Part shown: positions 8,350 to 17,784 of the stretch, piece after piece
How positions within the stretch are numbered: the first letter of the stretch is position 1
Layout: every line of letters starts with the position of its first letter
DNA from: Patescibacteria group bacterium
Lineage (GTDB): Bacteria; Patescibacteriota; Dojkabacteria; JAKAPS01; JAJZLI01
Reading direction: 5' to 3'
DNA length: 43,203 nt
NCBI GenBank assembly: GCA_023380695.1
Contig: JAMCRT010000001.1
Location: forward strand, 1-43,203
Notes under the pieces: generated by a model
What the model was told of the DNA's origin: nothing
What the model saw: the letters and a program-made list of their open reading frames with translations, nothing else
Database searches by the model: none
Translations under genes and position numbers: made by a program

Positions 8350-10007
8350 TCTAGTCTAATTTCTTCAGTTGATGCTCCAGGTTCAATCATAGGAAAGATG
8401 ACTTCCTCTTTTTGGGTTTTAAATTCTATGATATATGCACCTTTATATTTACGTGCTTTTTTGATTGCATTATCTACATTATCTTTTGAATTTACAGTTT
8501 CACCTTTTATTCCAAACCCTTTGGCCAATGTTATAAAATCAGGATTTTTGAGTGATACATGTGATAATTGCCCATCAAAAAACATATCTTGCCATTGTCT
8601 TACCATTCCTAGAAAGCTATTATTTATTATAGCTATTTTAATATTGAGATTTTCTTGTTTTATTACTGCGAGTTCTTGTAATGTCATTTGTATACCTCCA
8701 TCGCCAACGACTATCCATACTTCTTCTTGAGGTTTTGCAATTTTTACACCTATACCTGCAGGTAATGCAAATCCCATTGTTCCCGCACCCCCTGATGTAA
8801 AAAAGGAATTTGGAATTTTAGATTTATAGTATCTTGCTGTAATCATCTGATTTTGTCCTACATCAGATATAACATATGCCCTTCCATCTGTTATATCTGA
8901 TAATCTTTTTATGATGTATGCACATGTAAGATTATTATTTTTCTCTTCTCTATCCAAGACCTTTATTTTCTCTTGTGTGCTCCATTTATCTAAATCTTTA
9001 AACCAATTAGATCTTTTTTGATATTTTAATTTATTATTTGCAAGTTTAAAAAAATCTTTAAGATCAGTGTGTATACTGATATGAGTTTTTACATTTTTAT
9101 CAAATTCGTTTTTATTAATATCTACATGGATAATTTTTGCAGATTTAGCATAATCATCTAATCTTCCGGTTACTCTATCATCAAATCTCATTCCTAAAGC
9201 TATGATACAGTCTGATTTTGCTGTTGCCATATTGGGAGCATAATTGCCATGCATTCCAAGCATTCCTATATATCTAGGACTGCCTTCATTAATCACTGAT
9301 AAACCGTGTAGTGTACAAGCCACAGGTATATTTCCATTATCTGAGAATTTATGTAGTTCACTATATGAACTGGCAATTCTAATTCCATGCCCTGCAAGTA
9401 TTAATGGTCTTTTGGAGTTATTTATTATTTCACATGCATCTCTAACAAGTTTCTCATTTATTTTTTTCATATCAATTGGTATGTGATAGATATTTTTTCT
9501 TGATGTAACTTCATTAGTTTGTGCATCTTTTGAGATATCTATAAGGACAGGGCCAGGTCTTTGTGATTTTGCAATTTTTATTGCCTCATACATTGTATCC
9601 TCTATCATGCAGGGATCTGTTATAAGGAAGTTATATTTTGTTATAACAGAGGTGATACCTACAACATCTGTTTCTTGAAACGCTTCTTTTCCTATTAGAT
9701 CTGATTGTACTTGTCCTGTTATTGCAAGTATGGGAACAGAATCCATTAGTGCATCTACAAGTCCAGTTACTAGATTTGTTGCACCAGGCCCAGATGTTGC
9801 AAAACATACACCGATTTTATTTGTTGCTCTTGCATATCCTTCTGCTGCATGTATAGCTCCTTGTTCATGTCTAACTAAAATATGCCTTAGTTGTTGATTT
9901 TTTGATAGTGCATCATATATTGGCATTATAGCTCCACCTGGATATCCAAAAATTGTAGTTATGTTATTAGAAGTTAAACTTTTAAGTAATATTTCTGATC
10001 CTGTCAT
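8346..10007 (-). CDS. ilvB: acetolactate synthase large subunit (ThDP-dependent)
   Basis: 553 aa. The N-terminus reads GSEILLKSLTSNNITTIFGYPGGAIMPIYDAL. The ThDP motif region reads GDGGIQMTLQELA...NN. Confidence 0.9.
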   Translation of the reverse strand: MTGSEILLKSLTSNNITTIFGYPGGAIMPIYDALSKNQQLRHILVRHEQGAIHAAEGYARATNKIGVCFATSGPGATNLVTGLVDALMDSVPILAITGQVQSDLIGKEAFQETDVVGITSVITKYNFLITDPCMIEDTMYEAIKIAKSQRPGPVLIDISKDAQTNEVTSRKNIYHIPIDMKKINEKLVRDACEIINNSKRPLILAGHGIRIASSYSELHKFSDNGNIPVACTLHGLSVINEGSPRYIGMLGMHGNYAPNMATAKSDCIIALGMRFDDRVTGRLDDYAKSAKIIHVDINKNEFDKNVKTHISIHTDLKDFFKLANNKLKYQKRSNWFKDLDKWSTQEKIKVLDREEKNNNLTCAYIIKRLSDITDGRAYVISDVGQNQMITARYYKSKIPNSFFTSGGAGTMGFALPAGIGVKIAKPQEEVWIVVGDGGIQMTLQELAVIKQENLNIKIAIINNSFLGMVRQWQDMFFDGQLSHVSLKNPDFITLAKGFGIKGETVNSKDNVDNAIKKARKYKGAYIIEFKTQKEEVIFPMIEPGASTEEIRLE

Positions 10008-10082
10008 ATCTTTTAAATTGAAATAATTATAACACTAATTATAAAATTATATATACAATGTATGTAACACATGTTGTCAAAC

Positions 10083-10268
10083 CATTAAGATTGAGAATGG
10101 AAATTGACGAAAACAGTATTCTCTATTTTTTTCAATACAAAAGAGATGGGAATGCAGAAGGCTTTAGATTATTTGAAATTACCACTTATTGGTACACATC
10201 ACAGAGGTGTAGATGATGCATCTAATATTGCATCTATATTAGAGGTAATGATGAAATCACAACATTGA
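10083..10268 (+). pseudogene. relic copy of the 3' end of the exonuclease gene (diverged duplicate of about 5728-5912)
   Basis: 10121-10260 aligns base for base with 5765-5904, with roughly 10 substitutions. It encodes ...KEMGMQKALDYLKLPLIGTHHRGVDDASNIASILEVMMKS with its own stop. Similarity decays upstream of 10120. Confidence 0.85.
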
Positions 10269-10326
10269 TATTTTTATTAATGTATTTCCTCCTGACTTCC
10301 CCAATGTTTAGGAAGGGACATTATTT

Positions 10327-10749
10327 CTAGAAATTTTCCAGTGGTATAGAGTATTTTTTAAATTTAGAAAAATGTCCTTTAATATCATGTGAGATGAGTT
10401 TGATATCTTTTTCTATTGCAATGGTTATATACACTGCATCATATATTGTAAGGCTATATTCGGTACTTATTTTAATAGTTTCCTGCATTAATGAATAAGA
10501 TAGAGGTTCTATCGTCCATGGATATGAGAATAGCTCTGCAGATATCTTCTCAGATTCTTTTACTTTTATCTTTTTTCTACGAATCAATGCATTTAAAACT
10601 TCAAGTATTAAAAGTTCAGGTATGATAATATTTATTTTCCCAGTTAAAAGATTTATAAAAATATTTTTGGCATTCTCTACCAGATTCTCGTCTTTCTGAT
10701 TAAACCATTTCACTGCAACTGAGGCATCTAATACAAAAGTGTTATCCAT
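10327..10749 (-). CDS. vapC: PIN-domain VapC-type toxin
   Basis: 140 aa. FVLDASVAVKW at the N-terminus and later conserved acidic residues (YDAVYITIA) fit a PIN domain. An AbrB-type antitoxin gene lies 5 nt upstream. Confidence 0.8.
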   Translation of the reverse strand: MDNTFVLDASVAVKWFNQKDENLVENAKNIFINLLTGKINIIIPELLILEVLNALIRRKKIKVKESEKISAELFSYPWTIEPLSYSLMQETIKISTEYSLTIYDAVYITIAIEKDIKLISHDIKGHFSKFKKYSIPLENF

Positions 10750-10754
10750 GGTGG

Positions 10755-11051
10755 TTAGTGTTTTTTCCTGTCATCTGATATAAATTTTGTCAGATTGATA
10801 TTGGGTTTTTTAGCAGTTTCTGATAATTGTTGCCATTTTTCTTCTGCAATATCCTTTGTTACATATTTTTTCATAACCTGAGGAGATGCATTAGGAAGTT
10901 TTTCAAGTTTCAATCCTGATTTAGTAGTTTCTATCTTTACAAGGACATTTCCTTCAATAGGAATTTTTAAGGCCTCTCTAATCCTTTGAGGTATAGTCAT
11001 CTGGCCTCTCTCCCTAATAGTTGTAATTTCTTGTAAGTAAACTGTATTCAT
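10755..11051 (-). CDS. vapB: AbrB/SpoVT-family antitoxin (VapB-type); probable start at the second ATG
   Basis: ERGQMTIPQRIREALKI is a SpoVT/AbrB looped-hinge-helix motif. The first ATG (11060) overlaps the predicted -10 box. Confidence 0.75.
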   Translation of the reverse strand: MNTVYLQEITTIRERGQMTIPQRIREALKIPIEGNVLVKIETTKSGLKLEKLPNASPQVMKKYVTKDIAEEKWQQLSETAKKPNINLTKFISDDRKKH

Positions 11052-11058
11052 ATTAATC

Positions 11059-11087
11059 ATATTATGCGATTAGTATGAATTTGTCAA
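11059..11087 (-). promoter_or_regulatory. near-consensus sigma70-type promoter TTGACA-17-TAATAT, 7 nt upstream of the vapB ATG
   Basis: The minus strand reads cTTGACAaattcatactaatcgcaTAATATgattaatATG. The spacing implies a leaderless or near-leaderless transcript. Confidence 0.6.
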
Positions 11088-11102
11088 GAGTATGTATATG
11101 AC

Positions 11103-11158
11103 CCATTTATTTAAATCTCTAAACCAATTAGATCTTTTTTGATATTTTAATTTATTAT
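11103..11158. repeat. 56-nt diverged copy of an internal ilvB segment (8982-9037)
   Basis: CCATTTATtTAAATCTcTAAACCAATTAGATCTTTTTTGATATTTTAATTTATTAT matches 8982-9037 with 2 mismatches, in the same orientation. Confidence 0.9.
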
Positions 11159-11168
11159 ATATAATAGT

Positions 11169-11618
11169 ATGATAATATTACTAATTATTATGGATATTTA
11201 TAAAAATCTTTCACTGACAGATATAAATAATTTAGCAATAGATACTGCAAGGTCATTATCTGGTAGTGAAGTAATTTGCCTATATGGTGATTTAGGGGCA
11301 GGGAAGACTACCTTTACTAAAGCACTTGGTAGAGCATTGGGAATAAATAAAGATATATTGTCTCCCACATTTGTTATTCGATCTGATTATAGAGGAAAAG
11401 AATTTGATATATATCATTTTGATTGGTACAGGATAGATGATAGTAAAGAGCTTTTTGATATAGGTTTTTTTGATGTATTGTATAATGGAGTAGTTATAAT
11501 AGAGTGGGCAGATAAGTGTAGTGATGTAATAGAGCATTTAAAAAGAGTTGATATATATATTGAAACTATATCTAAGAATAGAAGATTAGTAAAAATTAAT
11601 AATGGTTATATTAATTGA
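11169..11618 (+). CDS. tsaE: tRNA t6A37 biosynthesis ATPase TsaE
   Basis: Walker A motif GDLGAGKTTFTKALGRALG, small size, and position upstream of tsaB/tsaD. The true start may be the ATG at 11190. Confidence 0.85.
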   Translation: MIILLIIMDIYKNLSLTDINNLAIDTARSLSGSEVICLYGDLGAGKTTFTKALGRALGINKDILSPTFVIRSDYRGKEFDIYHFDWYRIDDSKELFDIGFFDVLYNGVVIIEWADKCSDVIEHLKRVDIYIETISKNRRLVKINNGYIN

Positions 11619-12081
11619 TGGAACAAATTCAAAAAGTATAAAAATTAATGTATACAAAGATAATAAGTTGTTTTTAAAAAAGATAAAAACCAATATCAAT
11701 ATATATGAATATTTGGATAAATTTTTTAGGAAAGCAGATTTTTCTAAAATAATGTGTATTGGTATAAATATTGGACCTGGATCATTTAGTTCTACGAGAG
11801 CATCTGTTGCATATATTGTTGGTCTGTCTTTTGGTTCAAAGATTCCCGTTATTGGAGTATCTGGATTTGATATTCTATCAAGGGATAAAAAACCTTTAAT
11901 ATTGAATGCAGGAAGGGGGAGAGTATATATAAAATCAGAAGATAAATTTTTAATAAAGGAATCTAGTGTTTATGAAGAGATTGATGATAATGTATTCTTC
12001 AGTATTATAAAAGAGAGACTACAAAAAAAACAATTTGACAGTCCTTTAACTTTACTTCCTTTATATATGGACGATTTATGA
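11602..12081 (+). CDS. tsaB: tRNA t6A37 biosynthesis protein TsaB (short form)
   Basis: 159 aa with GINIGPGSFSSTRASVAYIVGLS (the GPGSFTGxR-type motif). It overlaps both tsaE and tsaD. Confidence 0.75.
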   Translation: MVILIDGTNSKSIKINVYKDNKLFLKKIKTNINIYEYLDKFFRKADFSKIMCIGINIGPGSFSSTRASVAYIVGLSFGSKIPVIGVSGFDILSRDKKPLILNAGRGRVYIKSEDKFLIKESSVYEEIDDNVFFSIIKERLQKKQFDSPLTLLPLYMDDL

Positions 12082-12995
12082 ATATTTTAGGAATTGAAAC
12101 ATCTTGTGATGATACAGGGGTTGCCATTGTAAAAGATGGTTTTCACATAGTAGATTCTTTATTATCTTCTCAAGACCACAGTATTACTGGTGGTGTAGTA
12201 CCAGATATTGCATCAAGAAAACATATGGAAGTTCTTCCTTTATTTACTTGCGAGATTATAAGGAGGAATAAAGATATAAAAATAGATAAGGTTGCTGTTG
12301 TGGTAAATCCCGGACTTATTCCATCTCTGTTAGTGGGAGCATCTTTTAGTTATGGATTTGCTACAGGAATAAAGGTACCAATAATTAATATGAATCATCT
12401 TTTGTCTCATATATATGCTCCTCAAATGCAAAATCCTTCAATAAAATATCCTCATATATCGCTGTTAGTATCTGGTGGACATACTCAAATTGTTAAAGTA
12501 TTATCACCAATTAAAACCGAGATTATAGGAACTACACTTGATGATGCTGCAGGGGAAGCTTTTGATAAGGTTGCACGTATGTTTAATTTAGGATATCCAG
12601 GAGGTCCTGTTGTATCTAGGATTGCAGAAAATGGAGATGAAAATAGAATAAATTTCCCAAGAGCAATGGATAAAAAGAATAACTATAATTTCTCATTTTC
12701 TGGTCTTAAAACATCTGTTCTATATTTTATAAAGGAAAACAAAGACAATGTATCAAAAGAAGATATTCTAGCTTCTTTTCAATATGCTGTAGTGGATATT
12801 TTAGTTAGAAAAACAATAATGGTAGCAAGAGATTTGCATTGCAATACAATTACTATCTCAGGTGGTGTTGCTGCAAATAAAAGATTAAGGGAGGAATTTC
12901 TTAAATACAATGATTTTGAATATTATTTTCCAACAATTGATCTATGCTCAGATAATGCTATAACAGTTGCAGGTTTAGCCTATCATTATGAGTAA
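12078..12995 (+). CDS. tsaD: tRNA N6-adenosine threonylcarbamoyltransferase TsaD
   Basis: Motifs MNILGIETSCDDTGVAIV, LLVSGGHTQ and DDAAGEAFDKVARMFNLGYPGGP. Confidence 0.95.
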   Translation: MNILGIETSCDDTGVAIVKDGFHIVDSLLSSQDHSITGGVVPDIASRKHMEVLPLFTCEIIRRNKDIKIDKVAVVVNPGLIPSLLVGASFSYGFATGIKVPIINMNHLLSHIYAPQMQNPSIKYPHISLLVSGGHTQIVKVLSPIKTEIIGTTLDDAAGEAFDKVARMFNLGYPGGPVVSRIAENGDENRINFPRAMDKKNNYNFSFSGLKTSVLYFIKENKDNVSKEDILASFQYAVVDILVRKTIMVARDLHCNTITISGGVAANKRLREEFLKYNDFEYYFPTIDLCSDNAITVAGLAYHYE

Positions 12996-13035
12996 TTCAA
13001 ATTTTTTGATAACTTTTCTTTGAAGGTATATAATA

Positions 13036-13239
13036 TTGGTAGTGTTGGAAGGAGAAAGAATACAATATTGGCAGGATGCTTTAGAGGTGGCAAATAAGGC
13101 TTTAGAGGTAGCCACTAAAGAATTTAATAACACGGGTTCAGATTATTGGAAAGATCATGTTGGATATTCTGAAAAAGCAGTGTCTGTTGCAGAAAATGCT
13201 TTATCTGGTATACGGCTACAAGATAGTGATTTAATTTAA
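13036..13239 (+). CDS. hypothetical small protein (TTG start), uncertain
   Basis: 67-aa ORF with an internal ALEVA(N/T)K duplication. I recognise no motif. Confidence 0.3.
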   Translation: MVVLEGERIQYWQDALEVANKALEVATKEFNNTGSDYWKDHVGYSEKAVSVAENALSGIRLQDSDLI

Positions 13240-13317
13240 TGATTAAATATGATAAAATATTTATGTCAGTTTAGAAGTGTAATTTCCTAATAATTTTTAA
13301 TTTATATTAATAAATAT

Positions 13318-13806
13318 ATGCAAAATAAAGGAAAAAATGTTCCTCAAAAGATTCTTCTTACTAAAAAAGGATTAGATGATCTTAAAAAGGAATATGAAGA
13401 TAAAAAAGAAAAAATAATAAAGCTCAATGATGATATAAATAGAGCAAGAAATGAGGGTGATTTATCTGAAAATGGTGCTTACTCTGCTGCCATATTAGAA
13501 AAACAAGTTAATGAATCACGTATTGCTGAGCTTATGTATATATTAGATAATTATGAAATTGTAGAACATGCAAATCTAAAATCTAATATTGTGCAAATTG
13601 GATCTTTTGTCTCATATATATGCTCCTCAAATACAGAAAAATCATTTACTATTGTTGGGTCAAATGAAGCAGATCCTCTAGAAGGTAAAATATCTATAGA
13701 CTCTCCTATTGGTAAGGCATTAATTGGTAAAAAGAAAGGAGAAAAGGTTGTTGCTACAACTGAGCAAAGTTCTATCACTTATGATATTATAGAAGTAAAG
13801 AATTAA
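13318..13806 (+). CDS. greA: transcription elongation factor GreA
   Basis: An N-terminal coiled coil carries GDLSENGAYSAA. The C-terminal domain carries ISIDSPIGKALIGKKKGEKV. Confidence 0.9.
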   Translation: MQNKGKNVPQKILLTKKGLDDLKKEYEDKKEKIIKLNDDINRARNEGDLSENGAYSAAILEKQVNESRIAELMYILDNYEIVEHANLKSNIVQIGSFVSYICSSNTEKSFTIVGSNEADPLEGKISIDSPIGKALIGKKKGEKVVATTEQSSITYDIIEVKN

Positions 13807-13817
13807 TATATGTTGTT

Positions 13818-16487
13818 ATGTCAATATTAGGAAGTGTTTTTGATAGTAATCAAAGGCAATTAAAAAAATTATATCCCTATCTTGAAAGGATAAATAAGTT
13901 AGAAAGTTCCATATCTAAACTTGATGATTCTAAATTAAAAAAAAGATTTAGTGAGATAAAAGAAAAAGCAAGAAATACTAAAGATGATGAGATAGATTCA
14001 TTTATAGAGAATAATCTTTCTGAAGTATTTGCAATTGTAAGAGAAGCTGCTAAAAGAACTTTGAATCATAGACATTTTGATGTACAGATTCTTGCAGGGA
14101 TTGCACAAACTCAAGGTAAGTTAATAGAACTTAGTACAGGTGAGGGAAAAACGTTAGTTGCTACTCTGTCTTTGATTTTATATTCATTATTTGGAAAGGG
14201 TTCTCATTCAGTTACAGTAAATGATTATCTTGCAAAAAGAGATGCACAATGGTGTGGATATATATATACATTTTTAGGTTTAAGTGTAGGAGTTATTACA
14301 TCAGAGAGTTCATTTAAATTTGCATCTTTTGATGATTTGAAAAATAAAGGATGGAAAGATAGTGATATAGAGAAACTATTTAAATCAAATGAACATAAAT
14401 TAAATGATACACACGGAGATCTTCTAGTAGAGTGTTCTAAAAAAGATGCATATAATGCAGATATTACTTATGGTACCAATAATGAATTTGGATTTGATTA
14501 TTTGAGAGACAACCTTGTTTTTTCAGCTGATGATTTTGTTCAAGGGGATTTGTTTTTCTGTATAGTTGACGAGGCAGATTCCGTATTAATTGATGAGGCT
14601 AGAACTCCTCTTATCATATCTGATCCAGTTGAAAGTGAGACTTCCAAATATATTCAGTTTGCAAATATGGTAAAGAATTTAGAAAAAGAAAAGGATTATG
14701 TAACGGATGAAAAAACACAATCAGTAACATTTACTGAAGAGGGAATAGATAAGATAGAGGGATTATTAAATGTAGATGATATATGGAGTGATTATTCTAC
14801 AACTTATCATTTAGAAAATGCTATAAAGGCAAAAGAATTTTTCATAAAAGATGATGAATATATAGTAAAAGATAACAAGGTTGTTATAGTAGATGAATTC
14901 ACTGGAAGATTAATGCCGGATAGGCGTTTCTCAGAAGGGTTACATCAAGCAATTGAGGCTAAAGAAAATGTTGAGATTTTACAAGAGAGTAGAAATCTTG
15001 CAACAATAACATTCCAAAATTATTTTAGGCTTTATAAGTATCTATCGGGAATGACAGGTACTGCACTTACAGAAGCTGAAGAGTTTTTCAAAATTTATAA
15101 ACTTGAGGTTATTGTAATACCTACGAATAAACCTAATATTAGACAAGATTTTCCAGATAGAGTATATAGAAACAGAGATGCAAAATTTAGAGCTGTTATA
15201 AATGAGATTGTAGAAGTTCATAAATCAGGAAGACCAATGCTTGTTGGGACTACATCTGTTGAGACATCAGAATATTTGTCTAGGATGTTATCAAGTAATG
15301 GAGTGAAGCATACAGTATTAAATGCAAAATATCATGAAATGGAGGCTGAGATTATTTCTCATGCAGGTGAAATGGGACAAGTTACAATTGCAACAAATAT
15401 GGCAGGTCGTGGTACAGATATTGTATTGGGAGATAAAGTTCAAGAGCTTGGAGGATTGCATATTATTGGTACTCAAAGACATGAATCCAGAAGAATTGAT
15501 AATCAGTTACGTGGAAGAGCTGCAAGGCAAGGGGATCCAGGATCTACAAGATTTTATGTATCTATGGATGATGATTTAATGAGAATTTTTGGTGGAGATA
15601 GTGTAGCAAAAATTCTTGGTGGAGTAGGTATTAGCGAAGATTTACCAATTGAATCTAAAATTATTACGAGACAAATTGAGAGTGCTCAAAAAAAAGTTGA
15701 GTCATATAATTTTGATATTAGAAAATCCTTAGTAGAATATGATGATGTTTTATCTAAGCACAGAGAAATAGTTTTTATGAAGAGAAGGAAATTTTTAGAA
15801 TCACTAACAGATACTAAATTTGATTATATACAGTTAGTTATGGATAAGATGAATACTCAAATATCTATGATTGTTGACTCTCATTCTAGTGGACATGACG
15901 TTTCTTTGAATGATTTTGGAGATATTCTAACTGATTTTTATGCAATAGTACCGAAAGAATTCTTAGAAGAGTTGTTATCTCACTCATCAGTCAATACAGA
16001 TGAATGGATATCCCTTATTTTTGAAAACAAAAAAGTTGTGATAAAGGAAAAAGTGATAGATCAGTTATTATTAGTTGTAAAAGAGGCTTTAGAAGAACAA
16101 AAAAATATATTTACTGATGAGATATTTAGACAAATTATAAAAGATTTATATCTACAAATATTATCATATCTTTGGACTGATCATATTGATGCAATGAATT
16201 ATCTAGAAAGAAGTATTAGACTTCAAGGATATGCACAAGTAGATCCACTTGTTGCTTACAAAAGAGAATCATTTGTTATGTTTGATAAATTTATTAACAC
16301 GGTAGATTATGATTTTGTAAGAAGGGTTTTATATGTACAAAAAGTGGAAGTAGAAAATACTGTGATGGCTCAAAATTTAAATAATGATACATCGTTAAAT
16401 TCAGGTAATGTTAAGGTGAGTAGAAACGCTCCCTGTTTCTGTGGCTCAGGGAAAAAATATAAAAACTGTCATGGTAAAAATCAATAA
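13818..16487 (+). CDS. secA: preprotein translocase ATPase SecA
   Basis: 889 aa with MxTGEGKTLVAT, DEADSVLIDEARTPLIIS and TNMAGRGTDI. The C-terminal zinc motif is CFCGSGKKYKNCHG. Confidence 0.97.
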   Translation: MSILGSVFDSNQRQLKKLYPYLERINKLESSISKLDDSKLKKRFSEIKEKARNTKDDEIDSFIENNLSEVFAIVREAAKRTLNHRHFDVQILAGIAQTQGKLIELSTGEGKTLVATLSLILYSLFGKGSHSVTVNDYLAKRDAQWCGYIYTFLGLSVGVITSESSFKFASFDDLKNKGWKDSDIEKLFKSNEHKLNDTHGDLLVECSKKDAYNADITYGTNNEFGFDYLRDNLVFSADDFVQGDLFFCIVDEADSVLIDEARTPLIISDPVESETSKYIQFANMVKNLEKEKDYVTDEKTQSVTFTEEGIDKIEGLLNVDDIWSDYSTTYHLENAIKAKEFFIKDDEYIVKDNKVVIVDEFTGRLMPDRRFSEGLHQAIEAKENVEILQESRNLATITFQNYFRLYKYLSGMTGTALTEAEEFFKIYKLEVIVIPTNKPNIRQDFPDRVYRNRDAKFRAVINEIVEVHKSGRPMLVGTTSVETSEYLSRMLSSNGVKHTVLNAKYHEMEAEIISHAGEMGQVTIATNMAGRGTDIVLGDKVQELGGLHIIGTQRHESRRIDNQLRGRAARQGDPGSTRFYVSMDDDLMRIFGGDSVAKILGGVGISEDLPIESKIITRQIESAQKKVESYNFDIRKSLVEYDDVLSKHREIVFMKRRKFLESLTDTKFDYIQLVMDKMNTQISMIVDSHSSGHDVSLNDFGDILTDFYAIVPKEFLEELLSHSSVNTDEWISLIFENKKVVIKEKVIDQLLLVVKEALEEQKNIFTDEIFRQIIKDLYLQILSYLWTDHIDAMNYLERSIRLQGYAQVDPLVAYKRESFVMFDKFINTVDYDFVRRVLYVQKVEVENTVMAQNLNNDTSLNSGNVKVSRNAPCFCGSGKKYKNCHGKNQ

Positions 16488-17036
16488 TCACTCTAGATTT
16501 TTATAATACAATTTTTTTTCTGTATACATATTTTCATCTGCTTTTTTTAATGTTAATTCAAAATTATGTGCATTTTCATTTGATATTGCAAATCCAGATG
16601 AAAACGGAATATTTTCTATTTTGGATTGCTCTTTTAAACGATTAATAATGTCAGTAGAGATTTTTGATATATCATTCGTTTCAGTAATTAAAATAATAAA
16701 TTCATCTCCTCCCATTCTTACTATAATATCATTTGGTCTCGTGTGATATTTTAACATATGTGAAAAATTCAAAATGTATTGATCTCCTTTATGGTGTCCA
16801 TATGTATCATTTATTTTTTTTAGATTATTTAAATCTAGTGCAATTATTGTAAAAGGAAAGTTATATTTGGATAAAGTTTCTAATTTCAATATTAATCTAT
16901 TATCTAAATATTTCCTATTATACAAACCCGTAAGATGATCTATCTTATTTTCTCTTTCAAGCCTATTTACAAGTCTTTTAAGCTCCATATTTTCAGATTG
17001 GAGTTTTTCTATTAATTTATCTTTGTTAGTAATCAT
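16488..17036 (-). CDS. GGDEF-domain diguanylate cyclase with N-terminal coiled coil
   Basis: HLTGLYNRKYL, an intact RMGGDEF active site, and an RPND (RxxD I-site) 5 residues upstream of it. Confidence 0.85.
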   Translation of the reverse strand: MITNKDKLIEKLQSENMELKRLVNRLERENKIDHLTGLYNRKYLDNRLILKLETLSKYNFPFTIIALDLNNLKKINDTYGHHKGDQYILNFSHMLKYHTRPNDIIVRMGGDEFIILITETNDISKISTDIINRLKEQSKIENIPFSSGFAISNENAHNFELTLKKADENMYTEKKLYYKNLE

Positions 17037-17331
17037 TTGAAGAATTGTAACATATTACATTTTAAAATTTTACTATATATGTAAATCTATAATTATATAT
17101 TTTGATTTGAAAGAGCACATTAATTTTTCTGTTTTTTTTATAGCATAATTTATACTACCCTACTCCCAGATTAAAGATAATAATTATACTCAGTTTTGAT
17201 TTGTAATTTTTAAATTTTGTAGAAATATAAATAATATAAATTACTAACATCAATGTTTTAAGATACTCTTCCCCATTATACCCATTATTCTATAGGGTAT
17301 TTTTTATTTCTGATATAATGTAGTCAGTGTT

Positions 17332-17784
17332 ATGGAGTTGTATATATTGTTAAATAATGTAAGAAGTGCTTTTAATGTTGGTTCTATCTTTAGAACTTCA
17401 GATGCTGTTGGTGTAAAAAAAATATATTTATCTGGATATTCTCCTTATCCACCTAATTTTAGATTAGAAAAAACAGCATTAGGTGCTACTAATTTTGTAA
17501 ATTGGGAATATGAAAAAGATATATTCTCAGTATTGAAATATTTGCGTGAGCAAGAGATTCCTATTATATCTGCTGAGCAGACAGAAAAAAGTGTAGACTA
17601 TAGGGATATTAAATATCCAAAAAGACTTTGTCTTGCAATGGGGAATGAAGTATCAGGAATAGAGGATGAAATATTGAAAGATTCAATGTCAGTAGTAGAA
17701 ATTCCAATGTATGGTAAAAAAAATTCATTAAATGTTTCTGTTGCTTTTGGAATACTTGTATATCATATAAAAAATAATATGTAG
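17332..17784 (+). CDS. SpoU/TrmH-family RNA 2'-O-methyltransferase
   Basis: Motifs NVGSIFRTSDAVGV, GNEVSGI and IPMYGKKNSLNVSVAFGILVY. Confidence 0.8.
   Translation: MELYILLNNVRSAFNVGSIFRTSDAVGVKKIYLSGYSPYPPNFRLEKTALGATNFVNWEYEKDIFSVLKYLREQEIPIISAEQTEKSVDYRDIKYPKRLCLAMGNEVSGIEDEILKDSMSVVEIPMYGKKNSLNVSVAFGILVYHIKNNM

Noticed and set aside
6604-9486. Listed ORFs 6604..6924 (-), 8398..8730 (+) and 9244..9486 (+)
   Set aside because: They lie antisense within the well-supported MFS and ilvB genes and have low-complexity, Ile/Leu/Ser/Phe-rich translations typical of shadow ORFs.
11292-15579. Listed ORFs 11292..11537 (-), 13551..13778 (-) and 15322..15579 (+)
   Set aside because: They are embedded antisense or out of frame in tsaE, greA and secA, all of which have strong motif support.
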